A stretch of 64,000 bases of DNA from an uncultured Bacteroidales bacterium (GTDB lineage Bacteria; Bacteroidota; Bacteroidia; Bacteroidales; WCHB1-69): NCBI GenBank assembly GCA_947167635.1, contig CAMVIT010000007.1, forward strand, positions 6,094 to 70,093. The letters are read 5' to 3'. Below, in pieces: positions 46,336-56,968 of this stretch (the stretch's first letter is position 1; each line of letters starts with the position of its first letter). The position numbers were made by a program, and so were the translations under genes. The notes beneath the pieces were generated by a model. That model made no database searches. It saw nothing but the letters and a program-made list of their open reading frames with translations, and was not told where the DNA came from.

Positions 46336-48108
46336 TTATGATTGTTTTTTCTTGGAAAAACGGATTTTGCGCAGCACGATAAGCACAATACCCAGCAAGG
46401 TGATGATCAGCAACGGTATGCCGATGTTGAGGATGGCAAGCTTGACCTTCTTGCCACGGATCTTCTCCTGATTGAGGGAGCCGATCTTGAAATTCTTGGC
46501 ACGCAGTTGCAACAAGTCATCGTCGTCGCAGAGGTAGTTGACGCAGTTGACGATGAATTGGGTGTTGTCAAAAATGGTACGGGTATAGATGTCGTAACCG
46601 GCAGGATAGGGCTGGTTACGTTTGCGGTCGAAAGGATTGCGGATAATATCGCCGTCCGCGACGAAAATCTGCCGCGTGGGCACGCTATGGTCTCGGTAGT
46701 CGAGCTGCTTGATGGTGTCGAACTCAATGGGCAGGATGCCTTTGAAGGCAGACTCGAAGGTGCCCTCCACGAGGACTGCAATCGGCAAGTTGTGGAAGGC
46801 AAACTCCTGCATGTTAGGCTTTGTGAGGGCAGCATGCAACGAGACAATGGAGGGCGCCGGCACCAACTTGGAGCGCTCGGAGCTGAACATCAACGGTGTC
46901 TTGACAAGATTCTCCGACTTGCCCACCATGTCGATGGATCCGGCAAAGTCGGACTTCACCTCCTTTATATTGCGCACGATAGGATGGTCGCTGAAGTTGA
47001 CGATGTCCAAGCTGTAGGGGAAAGCCATGAACTTGTACTGAGGCTTGTCGCCGAGCATACCGACCTGCTGCGGTATGGGCAGGCAGCTGAGGTCTTGGAT
47101 GAGGTTGGGGTTGAGGCGCACGCCGTAAGTGAAGAAGAGGTCGTTAATATACAGCGAGCGGGGTGTGGCAAAAAACTCGGCCGCGCTTTGCAAACTGTCG
47201 AGCGATGCCGTGGTGTTGTCCACAAGCCAGAGGATTTTGCCGCCGCGCATCACGAACTGATCGAGGATGTATTTGTCAAACTCCCGGAAGGGCTCTGTGG
47301 GTTGCGCAATGATAAGGACATCGTACTTGTTGTCACCCAGCTTGAGCGTCTGTTTGACGGAATCCTCCACACTGATGTTGCGCAGGGCATTGATCTTGCC
47401 ATCCAAGATGATGCGCGTCACGTTGTAGAAACGTTGCAGCTGCATGGCGGTCCAGCAAGTGTTGTAAAAGTCCAACTCACCGTGGCCTTCCACGTATGCC
47501 ACCCGAGGCTTCTCCGTCTTCATCAAACGCCGGATGGGAGATACAAGGTTGTACTCCAGCTCCTGGATGGAATATTGCAGCCAGTCGGAGCCTGACGGGT
47601 CGGCCACCACCACCTGCGCGGGGTACTCGTGGCCCCGGTAGGAGACAATGGCGCCGGGAATCACCATGTGGGTGGAGTACCCCGATGCATCCTCGCGGCT
47701 GATGGGGATGGGCTCCAGCCCTTTCTTGACGAACTCCGCCAGGATGTTTTTGACCTCCTCGCCAGTCTTGCCCTCCAACGGGTCAATGAACTCAAAATAG
47801 ACGTTCTTGGAATAGCTGCGGAAGTCCTGAAGCATCTGCTCCACTTGTTTGGCGAACAGCTGATAGTCGGCCGGCTGATCTTTACCCTTGAGATAAACGC
47901 GGAAATAGACCCTGTCCTCCAGATTTTTCAGCATCTCAATCGTCGAAGGTGACAAGGAGTGCCGTTTGTCTTTCGTCAAGTCGATGCGAAAGAACAGGAA
48001 GGAGGAGAGAATATTGACGACGACAAGAACTGCCACCGCCACAAGAAGCCCGATCAGGGTGTTTTTCTTGAATTGCTTGCTGCTTTTGCTGCCTGTGTTC
48101 TTTTTCAT
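46336..48108 (-). CDS. gldG: gliding-motility-associated ABC transporter accessory protein GldG
   Basis: N-terminal TM segment followed by RIDLTKDKRHSLSPSTIEMLKNL, a C-terminal TM anchor, and position immediately downstream of gldF. Confidence 0.75.
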   Translation of the reverse strand: MKKNTGSKSSKQFKKNTLIGLLVAVAVLVVVNILSSFLFFRIDLTKDKRHSLSPSTIEMLKNLEDRVYFRVYLKGKDQPADYQLFAKQVEQMLQDFRSYSKNVYFEFIDPLEGKTGEEVKNILAEFVKKGLEPIPISREDASGYSTHMVIPGAIVSYRGHEYPAQVVVADPSGSDWLQYSIQELEYNLVSPIRRLMKTEKPRVAYVEGHGELDFYNTCWTAMQLQRFYNVTRIILDGKINALRNISVEDSVKQTLKLGDNKYDVLIIAQPTEPFREFDKYILDQFVMRGGKILWLVDNTTASLDSLQSAAEFFATPRSLYINDLFFTYGVRLNPNLIQDLSCLPIPQQVGMLGDKPQYKFMAFPYSLDIVNFSDHPIVRNIKEVKSDFAGSIDMVGKSENLVKTPLMFSSERSKLVPAPSIVSLHAALTKPNMQEFAFHNLPIAVLVEGTFESAFKGILPIEFDTIKQLDYRDHSVPTRQIFVADGDIIRNPFDRKRNQPYPAGYDIYTRTIFDNTQFIVNCVNYLCDDDDLLQLRAKNFKIGSLNQEKIRGKKVKLAILNIGIPLLIITLLGIVLIVLRKIRFSKKKQS

Positions 48109-48126
48109 AACTTCGCTCCTTTCTTT

Positions 48127-48858
48127 TTACCATTTACGTTTAAGTAGAACAATGCGTGTGCCGAAGAGAAAAACGAAAATGACACTGCAGAAATAGACGA
48201 TGTCGCGGCTGTCGATGACACCCTTGCTGATGGAAGCGTAGTGGTGTTCGATACCGAGCGACTTGATATAGTAGCCAACAGCCCCAAGCGACTCGAACGA
48301 ATAGATGAAGGCAAATCCGAAGGAGAGGATGAAGCAGAGCGGGGCGGCAATAATGAAAGCGATGATCTGGTTGTTGGTCAATGCCGAGGAGAAGATGCCG
48401 ACGGAGATATAGGTTGCGCCGAGCAGAAGCAGTCCCAAGTAGGACCCCCAGGTGCTTCCCATATCCATGTTGCCCACAGGGTTGCCCAACAAGACCACAG
48501 AAACCACATAGACCAACGTGGGCAACAGGGCGATAGCAAGCAAGGTGAGGCAGGAAAGGAACTTGGCCCAGATGATTTGCATGTCCGTCAAGGGTTTTGT
48601 CAGCAACAAATCCATGGTGCCAGTACGACGTTCTTCAGCGAAGGAGCGCATGGTAATGGCGGGCACCAAAAAGAGGAAAAGGAACTGCGACAGGTTGAAA
48701 AGCCCGTGCAGGTCGGCCAATCCGGCCTCCATCACGTTGTCCACGTTGGGAAACACCCACAGGAACAGACCCGTGATGATGAGGAACACCCCTACAAACA
48801 CATACCCTATGATTGAACTCAGAAAGGACTTTATCTCCTTGATATACAAAATTAACAT
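48127..48858 (-). CDS. gldF: gliding-motility-associated ABC transporter permease GldF (ABC-2 type)
   Basis: MLILYIKEIKSFLSSIIGYVFVGVFLIITGLFLWVFP, six TM segments. The ATG at 48858 lies downstream of the -7 box, whereas the track start at 48888 lies upstream of it. Confidence 0.75.
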   Translation of the reverse strand: MLILYIKEIKSFLSSIIGYVFVGVFLIITGLFLWVFPNVDNVMEAGLADLHGLFNLSQFLFLFLVPAITMRSFAEERRTGTMDLLLTKPLTDMQIIWAKFLSCLTLLAIALLPTLVYVVSVVLLGNPVGNMDMGSTWGSYLGLLLLGATYISVGIFSSALTNNQIIAFIIAAPLCFILSFGFAFIYSFESLGAVGYYIKSLGIEHHYASISKGVIDSRDIVYFCSVIFVFLFGTRIVLLKRKW

Positions 48859-48877
48859 CGTCTCTATAATTAGGGCG

Positions 48878-48885
48878 CAAAAGTA
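48878..48885 (-). promoter_or_regulatory. -7 box (tacttttg) of gldF-gldG
   Basis: Exact TAnnTTTG, 19 nt upstream of the ATG at 48858. Confidence 0.5.
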
Positions 48886-48913
48886 CATAAATTATGAATA
48901 CACACGGACAAAT

Positions 48914-48953
48914 GAAATTGTGGGGACGCCGCGTGCAACGTCCCCACAATTTC
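48914..48953 (-). terminator. 15-bp stem-loop downstream of dcp (terminator candidate)
   Basis: gaaattgtggggacg / cgtccccacaatttc form a perfect 15-bp stem with a 10-nt loop, 10 nt after the dcp stop. Only a short T tract follows. Confidence 0.5.
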
Positions 48954-48963
48954 AGAGGGAAAA

Positions 48964-51024
48964 CTACTGTTTTCCGGATTCCGTCAAGCCGTCCCTTTCC
49001 AACAGTGCGTCAAGCTTGGGTGCGCGGCCGCGGAAGTCGGTGAACATCTCCATGGCCGGTTTGGAACCGCCTTTTGAGAGGATGGTTTCCAAATAGCGGT
49101 CGGCCACTTCGCGGTTCATCACGCCCTTCTCCTTAAAAAGCGAAAAGGCATCCGCCTCCAGCATCTCGGCCCATTTGTAGCCATAGTATCCAGCGGCGTA
49201 CCCGCCAGAGAAGATATGGTTGAAGGCCGTACACATGCAGGCTTCGGGGTGAATGGGCAATGAGGCGAGCGGTGCAAAGACGCGCTGCTCCTCGGCACGC
49301 ACATCCATGTCTGCGCCAAATTCCGCAGTGTGCCAGTTCATGTCAAGATAGCCGAAGCAGAGCTGCCGCGCCGAGGCATAACCCGCCATGTACTGGCGCA
49401 TCTTTTTAAGCTGCTCTATATACGGCATGGGAATCAGCTCGCCCGTCTGATGGTGGCGAGCAAATGTTTCAAGAAACTCATGCTCCACAGCCCAATTCTC
49501 GTTCAACTGCGAGGGCAGCTCGACAAAGTCATGCTGTGAATTGGTGCAGGAGAGCGAAGCGTAGCGCACATCGGAAAGCATGCCGTTGAGTGCATGCCCG
49601 AACTCGTGCAGGAAAGTGGTTACCTCATCGAAGGAGAGCAACGAGGGCCTCTTTGTTGTGGAGGGGGTGAAATTCATCACCAAGCTCACCAACGGGCGCA
49701 CATCGTGTCCCGCCACATCGACCCACTGCTCACGGAAAGTGGTCATCCACGCCCCGCTGCGTTTGGTGGCACGCGGGTGGAAATCCAAATAGAGCACCGA
49801 CATGAAACGCTCGCCGTGATACACTTCATAGACCTTCACATCCTTATGATAGACGCTGATGTCGGTGACCGCAACGAAGTGCAAATTGTACAGATGGGTG
49901 GCCAAAGAGAAGACCCCCTCGATCACATTCTCCAACTTGAAATAGGGCTTGAGGGTTTCTGCACTGAGGTTGAAAAGTGCATCTTTCTGTTTCTCTGAAT
50001 AATATTGGAAATCCCACGGTTGCAATTCACCCTCGAAGCCCAAAGCGTGGGCATAGTCGTTCAGGGCGGCCACCTCCCGATGGGCGGCGGGAACGGAGTA
50101 CTTTTTCAACTCGTCGAGCAATTTATAGACCTCTTCTGCATTTTGGGCCATGCGGTTGTGCAGCACATATTGCGCATAGTTTTCGTAACCAAGCAGATGG
50201 GCAATCTGCCGCCGACAAGCGAGAATTTGGCGGATGTTGTCGCAGTTGTCGTAAGGACCGCCGTGGGCAATACAGCAGGAGTGGTCGTACATCTCCTTGC
50301 GCAAGGCGCGGTCGTCGGCGTATGTGAGCACGGCGCGGCGACTGGGGAAGGAGAGGTCGAACAGGTAGCCTTCCTGTCCTTTGTCACGAGCCTTCTGGGC
50401 GGCAATGTCCAGGTCGCCTTCAGGGATACCCTGCAGACGTGTCGTATCCTCGACGTGCAATTGCCAGGCGTTGGTGGCAGCCAAGGCGTTTTGTCCGAAT
50501 TGCAGCGTGAGGTTGGAAAGCTTGACGGAAAGTTCCTGGAAGAGCGGCTTTTGGTCAGCGGGGAGGGTGGCGCCGTTGCTCTCAAAAGCATCGTATGTAA
50601 GCTTCAGCAACATACGTTCCTCGCCTGTCAACGTGGCAAGTTCACGGTCGTAAACCTCGCGTACCCGCCCGAAAAGCGTGTCGTCCAGATAGAGTTCGTT
50701 GTAATGCCGGGTGACCATCGGCTGGATGGTGTTGGCCATCTCCTGCATCTCCGGAGTGGCGTCGCACTCGAGGATGTTGAAAAAGAGCCCGGTGGCGCGC
50801 CCCAACGCTTCACCGGCCCGGTCGAGGGCCGCGATGGTGTTTTCAAAGGTGGCGGGTGCCGGATTGTTCTTGATCTGTTCCACCTCCTGCTTTGCCATCT
50901 CTATCACGGCGGTGAAGGCCGGCACATAGTGCTCCGGACGTATAAGATCGAAAGGAGGGGTTTGGTGCGGGGTGTCCCATGCCTGCAGGATGGGATTGGA
51001 AAGGATGGTATTCTGTGTTGTCAT
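48964..51024 (-). CDS. dcp: M3 family metallopeptidase (peptidyl-dipeptidase Dcp-like)
   Basis: HEFGHAL zinc motif, 686 aa, no signal peptide. Confidence 0.85.
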   Translation of the reverse strand: MTTQNTILSNPILQAWDTPHQTPPFDLIRPEHYVPAFTAVIEMAKQEVEQIKNNPAPATFENTIAALDRAGEALGRATGLFFNILECDATPEMQEMANTIQPMVTRHYNELYLDDTLFGRVREVYDRELATLTGEERMLLKLTYDAFESNGATLPADQKPLFQELSVKLSNLTLQFGQNALAATNAWQLHVEDTTRLQGIPEGDLDIAAQKARDKGQEGYLFDLSFPSRRAVLTYADDRALRKEMYDHSCCIAHGGPYDNCDNIRQILACRRQIAHLLGYENYAQYVLHNRMAQNAEEVYKLLDELKKYSVPAAHREVAALNDYAHALGFEGELQPWDFQYYSEKQKDALFNLSAETLKPYFKLENVIEGVFSLATHLYNLHFVAVTDISVYHKDVKVYEVYHGERFMSVLYLDFHPRATKRSGAWMTTFREQWVDVAGHDVRPLVSLVMNFTPSTTKRPSLLSFDEVTTFLHEFGHALNGMLSDVRYASLSCTNSQHDFVELPSQLNENWAVEHEFLETFARHHQTGELIPMPYIEQLKKMRQYMAGYASARQLCFGYLDMNWHTAEFGADMDVRAEEQRVFAPLASLPIHPEACMCTAFNHIFSGGYAAGYYGYKWAEMLEADAFSLFKEKGVMNREVADRYLETILSKGGSKPAMEMFTDFRGRAPKLDALLERDGLTESGKQ

Positions 51025-51033
51025 TATGGGAAA

Positions 51034-51516
51034 TTATTGTTCGATGGTGGCGACCACAACGGCGGCAATGCCTTCGCCCCGTCCGGTGAAACCCATGCCC
51101 TCGTTGGTCTTCGCCTTGATGGAGAAGTTGGCGGGGTCCAGATGGAGAAGCTTTGACAACGTGGCCGTCATCTCATCGGTATAAGGTTTCATCTTGGGAT
51201 TCTCCAACACAAGCGTGCAGTCCACATTGTGGACCATCCACCCCTGCTGATACAGCAACTCCACCACCTTGGAGAGCAGGCAAGTGCTGTCGATATTGGA
51301 GAACTGGCTGTCGTTGTCTGGGAAGTGGGTGCCGATGTCCTTGAGGGCGGCTGCCCCAAGCAGGGCGTCGCAAAGCGCGTGAATGAGCACGTCACCGTCG
51401 GAGTGGGCGGCTAACCCCAGCTCGTATGGGATGTGGACCCCACCGATGACGAGCGGACGGCCCGCCACGAACCGATGGGAGTCGTATCCAATGCCAACAC
51501 GGAAATCCTTGCCCAT
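51034..51516 (-). CDS. ispF: 2-C-methyl-D-erythritol 2,4-cyclodiphosphate synthase
   Basis: FRVGIGYDSHRF...AHSDGDVLIHALCDALLGA...DIGTHFP. The ATG at 51516 lies 1 nt after the porV stop codon. The track's longer N-terminus overlaps porV. Confidence 0.9.
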   Translation of the reverse strand: MGKDFRVGIGYDSHRFVAGRPLVIGGVHIPYELGLAAHSDGDVLIHALCDALLGAAALKDIGTHFPDNDSQFSNIDSTCLLSKVVELLYQQGWMVHNVDCTLVLENPKMKPYTDEMTATLSKLLHLDPANFSIKAKTNEGMGFTGRGEGIAAVVVATIEQ

Positions 51517-51517
51517 G

Positions 51518-52786
51518 CTAACGAAGACGACCTTGTTGCTTGATTTCTTCCTTGTTGAAAGAGGCGAAATCGAAAGAGAGGGTGAAGCGCAACGTGTTGG
51601 CAAGCGGGTGGTTCTGGCCGTTCGTGGTGAACAGATAGGCCACGTCAATGGTGAAAATATTGTATCTTATGCCTGCACCCACCGTGAGGAACTGACGGTT
51701 GCCCTTGTATTTGTTCTCGTGAAAATACCCGGCCCTGACAAAGAAAAGGTCACGATAACTGTATTCCGCGCCAATGGCCCATGCAATCTCAGCCATCTCC
51801 TCTCTGAACACACTGGCATTCTGACCATTATGTCCAATACCCGGTGCATCGTAAAAAGACTGGATCATGCCTTGCGGCACGGAAACGTCGGGATTGCGGC
51901 CTGACAAAATAATCGGATTATTGTATTCATCGTACAAAATACGATTGTTAGAGTCCGTAGCATAAACCGGGTTGGTGGGCACCAACAACTTGTTGGCTTC
52001 CGCTGTGATGGCAAGCTTGTTGTAGGTGTCAAAGCTCATTTCATAACCAAGACCGAGACGCAGGTTCGTGGGCAGGAAGTCACGACGCAACGTTCCAGAG
52101 GAGTACGACATCTTGTTTCCCATGTTGGAGATGCAAAGTCCAGCACGCAGCGTGCTGTTTTCCAAACCTTTGACATCAAAATCCTGTTCATAGAAAAAGG
52201 AAAGGTCAGCGGCACCTGCCAAACCCGCACTGGTCTCCTCACCGCTCACATATTGACCGGCCGTGAGATTGGAGTAGATAAACCTCGGTGTAAGCGCAAT
52301 CGACAACTGGTTGATCAATTTGCGGGAATAGGTGAAATCTATAGCGAACTCGTTGGGATTCTGTACAGAAAGCAACTCGCCGTAGTCATCCGTAAACTGG
52401 ATGTCACCCAAAGAAAAATAGCGGATTGAGAAACCGATGGCATCCATCTCCGTCATACGATAATAACCGCTGAGATAGGCCAAATTGATGTCATTGACCA
52501 ATTTTCGGAGCCACGGACTGTAGGACACGCTGATTCCGAAAGTGTTCTTGTTGAACACATACTTTGCAGGGTTGTAGGACTGGGAATTCACGTCTGGAGA
52601 GGTGGCACAACCCATGTCTCCCATGCCTCCCGCACGGGAATCGGGTGCTATGTTCAAAAACGGAACTGCCGTGGTAATGGTGTTTAATTCTTTGCCGTTA
52701 AGTTGGTTAGGATTGATAGTCTGGGCGTGGGCAACTGTAAGGGTGAAAAGTGTCGTCAGCACGAGGAAGGTCGCTTTCTTTTTCAT
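51518..52786 (-). CDS. porV: T9SS outer-membrane shuttle/channel protein PorV (LptO)
   Basis: Signal peptide, then NTITTAVPFLNIAPDSRAGGMGDMGCATSPD, the signature I associate with PorV. Beta-barrel composition, and located directly downstream of porU. Confidence 0.75.
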   Translation of the reverse strand: MKKKATFLVLTTLFTLTVAHAQTINPNQLNGKELNTITTAVPFLNIAPDSRAGGMGDMGCATSPDVNSQSYNPAKYVFNKNTFGISVSYSPWLRKLVNDINLAYLSGYYRMTEMDAIGFSIRYFSLGDIQFTDDYGELLSVQNPNEFAIDFTYSRKLINQLSIALTPRFIYSNLTAGQYVSGEETSAGLAGAADLSFFYEQDFDVKGLENSTLRAGLCISNMGNKMSYSSGTLRRDFLPTNLRLGLGYEMSFDTYNKLAITAEANKLLVPTNPVYATDSNNRILYDEYNNPIILSGRNPDVSVPQGMIQSFYDAPGIGHNGQNASVFREEMAEIAWAIGAEYSYRDLFFVRAGYFHENKYKGNRQFLTVGAGIRYNIFTIDVAYLFTTNGQNHPLANTLRFTLSFDFASFNKEEIKQQGRLR

Positions 52787-52986
52787 CGGGTCTTTCTTTT
52801 TTCTATATGATATGAACGTTTTTCTTTTTTCTCTAATGCGTTTTCAAACAATCATACGCGAAAGAGCATAACGCTACTTTCTCCACTTTATTTTTTTAGG
52901 GACAATTTTTTTTTGTTTTCGAAAAAAAAGATTGTCCTGAGTGGCCAGAACTTTTTTTCCTTGAGTAGCCAACACCTGTGTTGACC

Positions 52987-55900
52987 CTACAGGATCACCA
53001 ATTTCTCAATGGTTTCCGCCGTTTCCTCCATGTTGTTGCGGACACGCAGTTTGTACATATAGGTGCCTTTTCCGATCTTGTCACCATAGTCATCGCGACC
53101 ATCCCACGGAATGGCAAGGCTACGGTTTCCCTGCAAGGTCTGATGCGTCTGGATGGTTTTCACCAATTTTCCGGAGACAGTATAGATTTGCACCAAGATA
53201 TCGAAGTCACCGCCGCTGCGATTGTGCTCGAAAAAGAACTCCGTGTGCGTTGTGAAAGGGTTGGGGTAGTTAAGCACATGACTGAGGGCAAACTTTTCGC
53301 TGGAAACCACCTCAAAGGACAACTCACTCTCCGAGTGGTTGTTATTGATATCCCACGCCCGCACCAGCAACGTATGCTTTCCCGTGGAGAGATTCTCAAG
53401 ATTGTAACGCACGGTGCCCGAATTGAAACTGTCCTTGTCGGTCTGATAGTAGTCGTTCAGTACAATCTGGGATTCCGTGGCGTTGTCGAGGATAGCGGTC
53501 AAATCGTGACCGATGCCATTGCCCGTGGTGTTGATGCCGTAATTGTCGCGGATTTTCGCGACAAGCACAGGGTTGGCATCCACGATGCCGCCATTGACAA
53601 ACTGCTCGTCATTCAAGTAGAGTTCAATATCGGGTCCCACTTCATCGGAGATGCCATTGGTGTCGGTGCCGCCGATGACGAAACTGGAGAAACTTCCCGC
53701 AGCGTCTTGCTCCTGACTGCGGGCATAGTAGCTGATTTTGCCATTACCATAGTTATAGTCGATGTCTTTCGGCACATAGAACGAGAAGTTGAAATGCCCC
53801 TCCTTAACCGAGCAGTTCCCTTTGAAGAGAATGCTTTTCTGCTGGAGAAAGTCGAACGGCGGGCTGCTGGGGTCATTGGAAAGGGTGGTGACAGTGACAG
53901 CCTTGTCATATACGGACGGGAACACGGACCCATTGAATCCCGTGAGAGTCTGTCCGTTTTCATCAACCACACGGCCGCTGACACACATCTGGGTGAGGGC
54001 GCTCACGGTATCCTCCTGCATCCCGACAGGCCGATGGTTGATGGAGTCGGTTACGATATTGAAAGTGGGAATGGCCAATGGCATGGAGGGGTCGCCCATG
54101 AGCACGAACATGGCCAACGAGGAGGAGCTTCCGCCATAGGCGTTCTTGGCTCGGCGCTCAATATCCCCGATGGTGGGCCGTTGACCGTCAAAGGTATTGA
54201 ACATCGTGTTGAAAATATACCGTCCGTAGGCATTGTTCGGCGAAGACCAAGCCTCGCGTGTGGCCGTGATGATGGCACAAACCCCTCCTTTGCTGTTGAA
54301 CAGCGCCAACTCGGCGGGCGAAATGGCCGGACGGTCATAGAATCCAAACGTGCAGGAGAGCGTCAACATAGCGGGCATGTTGTACTTGTTGGTCCATTTG
54401 TTGATATCCGAGTTCTCCAGCACACGCTCTGCCGTCCAACCGTCCTTGCCGCTGTGGCCGATATAGGTGAAAAACAGGGAACCGCGGTTCATGCGGTTGT
54501 TGATGGCCGTGGTAGCCTCTGGGTATCTTTGTCCGCCGGCATTGGAGACCTGCGGAAACGCATCCAAATATATTTTGTCAAAATTGATGTTCCGGTTCAG
54601 ACCGGACACGATGTCGGTGAATCTGTCGGCATTGGACACGAAGTCGTTATACTCCTCATCATCCGCCACGAAGGCCATCATGTTACGCCAATCTCCAAAA
54701 TTGGATATTTGTGTGGAGTTTTCAGCCAGCAGATTGCGATTTGTGGTGTACAGCGTGCTTTTCTCCACTGCCGTCTTGGCTTGCGCTATTGTGCTGCACG
54801 GAAATCGTCCCACGGAGATGTCGTAGAGGCCGGAGGCATTTTCGCCCTCGTTGTCATCCAACAGTCCAAAAGTGTCGTCATTGGCGGCAAAGCCGATTTC
54901 GGAAATGAGATCGGTGGTGGTCGGATATTGGTAGTTTGGAACGTAAAGCTCTGTGCCACTCACCCGTCCACGGAAGTCATAGCTCGGCCTGCCAAAAAGA
55001 AGCAAGTATTTGGGATATTGCTTGTTGCTTCTGTCATAGATCATCTTCGCGTAGTCACGGATAGCCATGGGATCCAACGAACCGCCCGAAAATTCGTTAT
55101 AGACTTGCTCCGTAGTGACCACCTGCACGGAGAGTCCGTCGTTTTCCTGCCTGAACTTTGCCAAGTCATTGGCTTGGGACAAGAACTTGGGATGCGTGAC
55201 GATAAGAAGGTCCGCGTTGCCCGTGCCATGCAGATTCTGATTGGCCACCGGGCCTCCCGGAGTGACGCTGAGATACATGGAACCGTCAAACACGAAGAAT
55301 TGGCGCAGGATGTCAGTGGGGATGCTGAATCCATATACACCGCCATCCGGTGACAGGGCCATGCGCGTGGTGTTGGCAGGGTCGGTCACATCCCAGACGA
55401 TTGTTCCCGCACTTGCACCGGTAATGTTGAAACGCGTCACATTACCCGCCCCTACAGTCGCAGGATTGCAGAACGGGAATTGCGAAGAATGCATCGACAA
55501 GCGGCATGGCACCTCTATTTCAATCCAATTCAGATAGGCCGCGGACGAGGTGGCGGGTTTACTGTATTCCAACTCTATATTCAGCGTGGCGGATGAGGGC
55601 GTGAAGGTGAAATCGCTGCTATTGAGCGTGGCACTGATTGCTCCGTTGATAGAAGGAAACGAGAGGTTTCCCAGCGTCGTGTTGTTGGCGCTGATCGAGA
55701 AATAAGAAAAAGAAGTCGAGCTACTTGCGCCCGAAACCGACACGCGGGATGGTTGTTGCAAAAATCCCGGCACGGAGAAGGTGTATGTTCTGCGTGTGGT
55801 GATGTCGAAAAGGTCGCCAAACCAATCCTTGCCCGTCTCGCCGAAGTTGAATTGATCTTTTTCAAAAAAGTCATAGTGAACATATTCATTCACCGTCCGG

Positions 55901-56823
55901 TTGGCAGAAAGGGAACCGTTGTCGGCCGTGGGAATGCGTTTTTTTGCGCCCACGCCCGGCGTGTTGGTGATGAAATAGGATGTCGCGTCCGAATATATGT
56001 TCGTTTTGTGACAAAAACGGTGCAAGGTGGTGTCGTAGATCCAAGAGTGCGGGGAGTGTCCGTAGAAGAGGAAATAGTCGCCTGGATTCATGACGCCGTC
56101 GCCGCCGTCCACAATGCAGACAGGCAGTTCTTGCAGGTCATCGATACGGGGTGCGGCATTGGCCTCGGGCAGCATTTCACCACCGTTGCCAAACAAGGCA
56201 AGCGAGGCGGAGGAGATCGGTACGGCCATACCCATGGCCGTAAGATCCTCGTATGCAACCTTATAGACACCTGTTTCCGAGACAGTGAAGCGATACCATT
56301 GGCCGGAATGCAACACCGACTGGTCCGCATACGTCCTGCCCGGCTTGCGGGTACCATTGCCTTGGCCTTCCAAGGTGATCGTGACAGCAGTGATTTTGCG
56401 GTACTCCTCCACCCCGACCTCGACAATGGGCACAAAGGAGAGCATCAGATACGGCTTGTTCCTTTCAAATGCAGAGACAGCGCCGACCATCAGCTCTTTT
56501 TGACGGAAATCCGAAGGAATCAGCGAAACATCATGCGCACTCATGGGTTCGAATTGCACATTCGAAACAGCCACGGCATAGGAATCATAATAAGAGGGGA
56601 TCTCAATGGCCTCGTAATAAGACGGGAGGGTGGGAAATTCCCGCGAATAAGAAGCTCCGTCAAAATGCAGAAATTCCACAGAAAGATCCTCGCCTTGATG
56701 ATGCGTGATATTGTCCGTCCAATTTATAGTAAGTGTTCTTACAATTTTTTGTTCTTGACTATAAGATAGTTGCAGTACGATACACAAAAAAAATGCGATA
56801 AGCACCCAAGATTTCTTTTCCAT
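52987..56823 (-). CDS. porU: T9SS sortase PorU (C25 gingipain-like peptidase family)
   Basis: About 1280 aa. C25-like core (LLIVTHPKFLSQANDLAKFRQENDGLSVQVV...YLLLFGRPSYD). CTD-like C-terminus NYPNPFTTHTEFFF...VQIYTVSGKLV. I prefer the ATG at 56823 (MEKKSWVLIAFFLCIVLQLSYSQ) over the track's GTG at 56850. Confidence 0.8.
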   Translation of the reverse strand: MEKKSWVLIAFFLCIVLQLSYSQEQKIVRTLTINWTDNITHHQGEDLSVEFLHFDGASYSREFPTLPSYYEAIEIPSYYDSYAVAVSNVQFEPMSAHDVSLIPSDFRQKELMVGAVSAFERNKPYLMLSFVPIVEVGVEEYRKITAVTITLEGQGNGTRKPGRTYADQSVLHSGQWYRFTVSETGVYKVAYEDLTAMGMAVPISSASLALFGNGGEMLPEANAAPRIDDLQELPVCIVDGGDGVMNPGDYFLFYGHSPHSWIYDTTLHRFCHKTNIYSDATSYFITNTPGVGAKKRIPTADNGSLSANRTVNEYVHYDFFEKDQFNFGETGKDWFGDLFDITTRRTYTFSVPGFLQQPSRVSVSGASSSTSFSYFSISANNTTLGNLSFPSINGAISATLNSSDFTFTPSSATLNIELEYSKPATSSAAYLNWIEIEVPCRLSMHSSQFPFCNPATVGAGNVTRFNITGASAGTIVWDVTDPANTTRMALSPDGGVYGFSIPTDILRQFFVFDGSMYLSVTPGGPVANQNLHGTGNADLLIVTHPKFLSQANDLAKFRQENDGLSVQVVTTEQVYNEFSGGSLDPMAIRDYAKMIYDRSNKQYPKYLLLFGRPSYDFRGRVSGTELYVPNYQYPTTTDLISEIGFAANDDTFGLLDDNEGENASGLYDISVGRFPCSTIAQAKTAVEKSTLYTTNRNLLAENSTQISNFGDWRNMMAFVADDEEYNDFVSNADRFTDIVSGLNRNINFDKIYLDAFPQVSNAGGQRYPEATTAINNRMNRGSLFFTYIGHSGKDGWTAERVLENSDINKWTNKYNMPAMLTLSCTFGFYDRPAISPAELALFNSKGGVCAIITATREAWSSPNNAYGRYIFNTMFNTFDGQRPTIGDIERRAKNAYGGSSSSLAMFVLMGDPSMPLAIPTFNIVTDSINHRPVGMQEDTVSALTQMCVSGRVVDENGQTLTGFNGSVFPSVYDKAVTVTTLSNDPSSPPFDFLQQKSILFKGNCSVKEGHFNFSFYVPKDIDYNYGNGKISYYARSQEQDAAGSFSSFVIGGTDTNGISDEVGPDIELYLNDEQFVNGGIVDANPVLVAKIRDNYGINTTGNGIGHDLTAILDNATESQIVLNDYYQTDKDSFNSGTVRYNLENLSTGKHTLLVRAWDINNNHSESELSFEVVSSEKFALSHVLNYPNPFTTHTEFFFEHNRSGGDFDILVQIYTVSGKLVKTIQTHQTLQGNRSLAIPWDGRDDYGDKIGKGTYMYKLRVRNNMEETAETIEKLVIL

Positions 56824-56939
56824 TAATCGTTGTTTAAAAAAATAAAGCACAAATGCAATTTAGTTAACGGAGCCTCGTTATTATTATTGCAATGTTGGTA
56901 ACAATATTTTGGAGGTTATTATTGTAATAAATTATTTTG

Positions 56940-56947
56940 TATTTTTG
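56940..56947 (+). promoter_or_regulatory. -7 box (tatttttg) of porP/sprF-gldJ
   Basis: Exact TAnnTTTG, 21 nt upstream of the ATG at 56969. Confidence 0.5.
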
Positions 56948-56968
56948 CCCGCCTAAAAATAGTATGCT

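Noticed and set aside
52899-52937. AT-rich hairpin (ggacaat + T8 / A8 + attgtcc) between porU and porV, considered as a terminator
   Set aside because: No U-run follows the stem on either strand, and porV needs transcription through it. It is more likely an intercistronic structure or chance complementarity between A and T runs.
52978-55353. 791-aa plus-strand ORF
   Set aside because: It lies antisense to porU. Shadow ORF. The same reasoning applies to 40100-41602, 46342-47595, 50005-51156, 55753-56769, 58154-59362 and 18484-19272.
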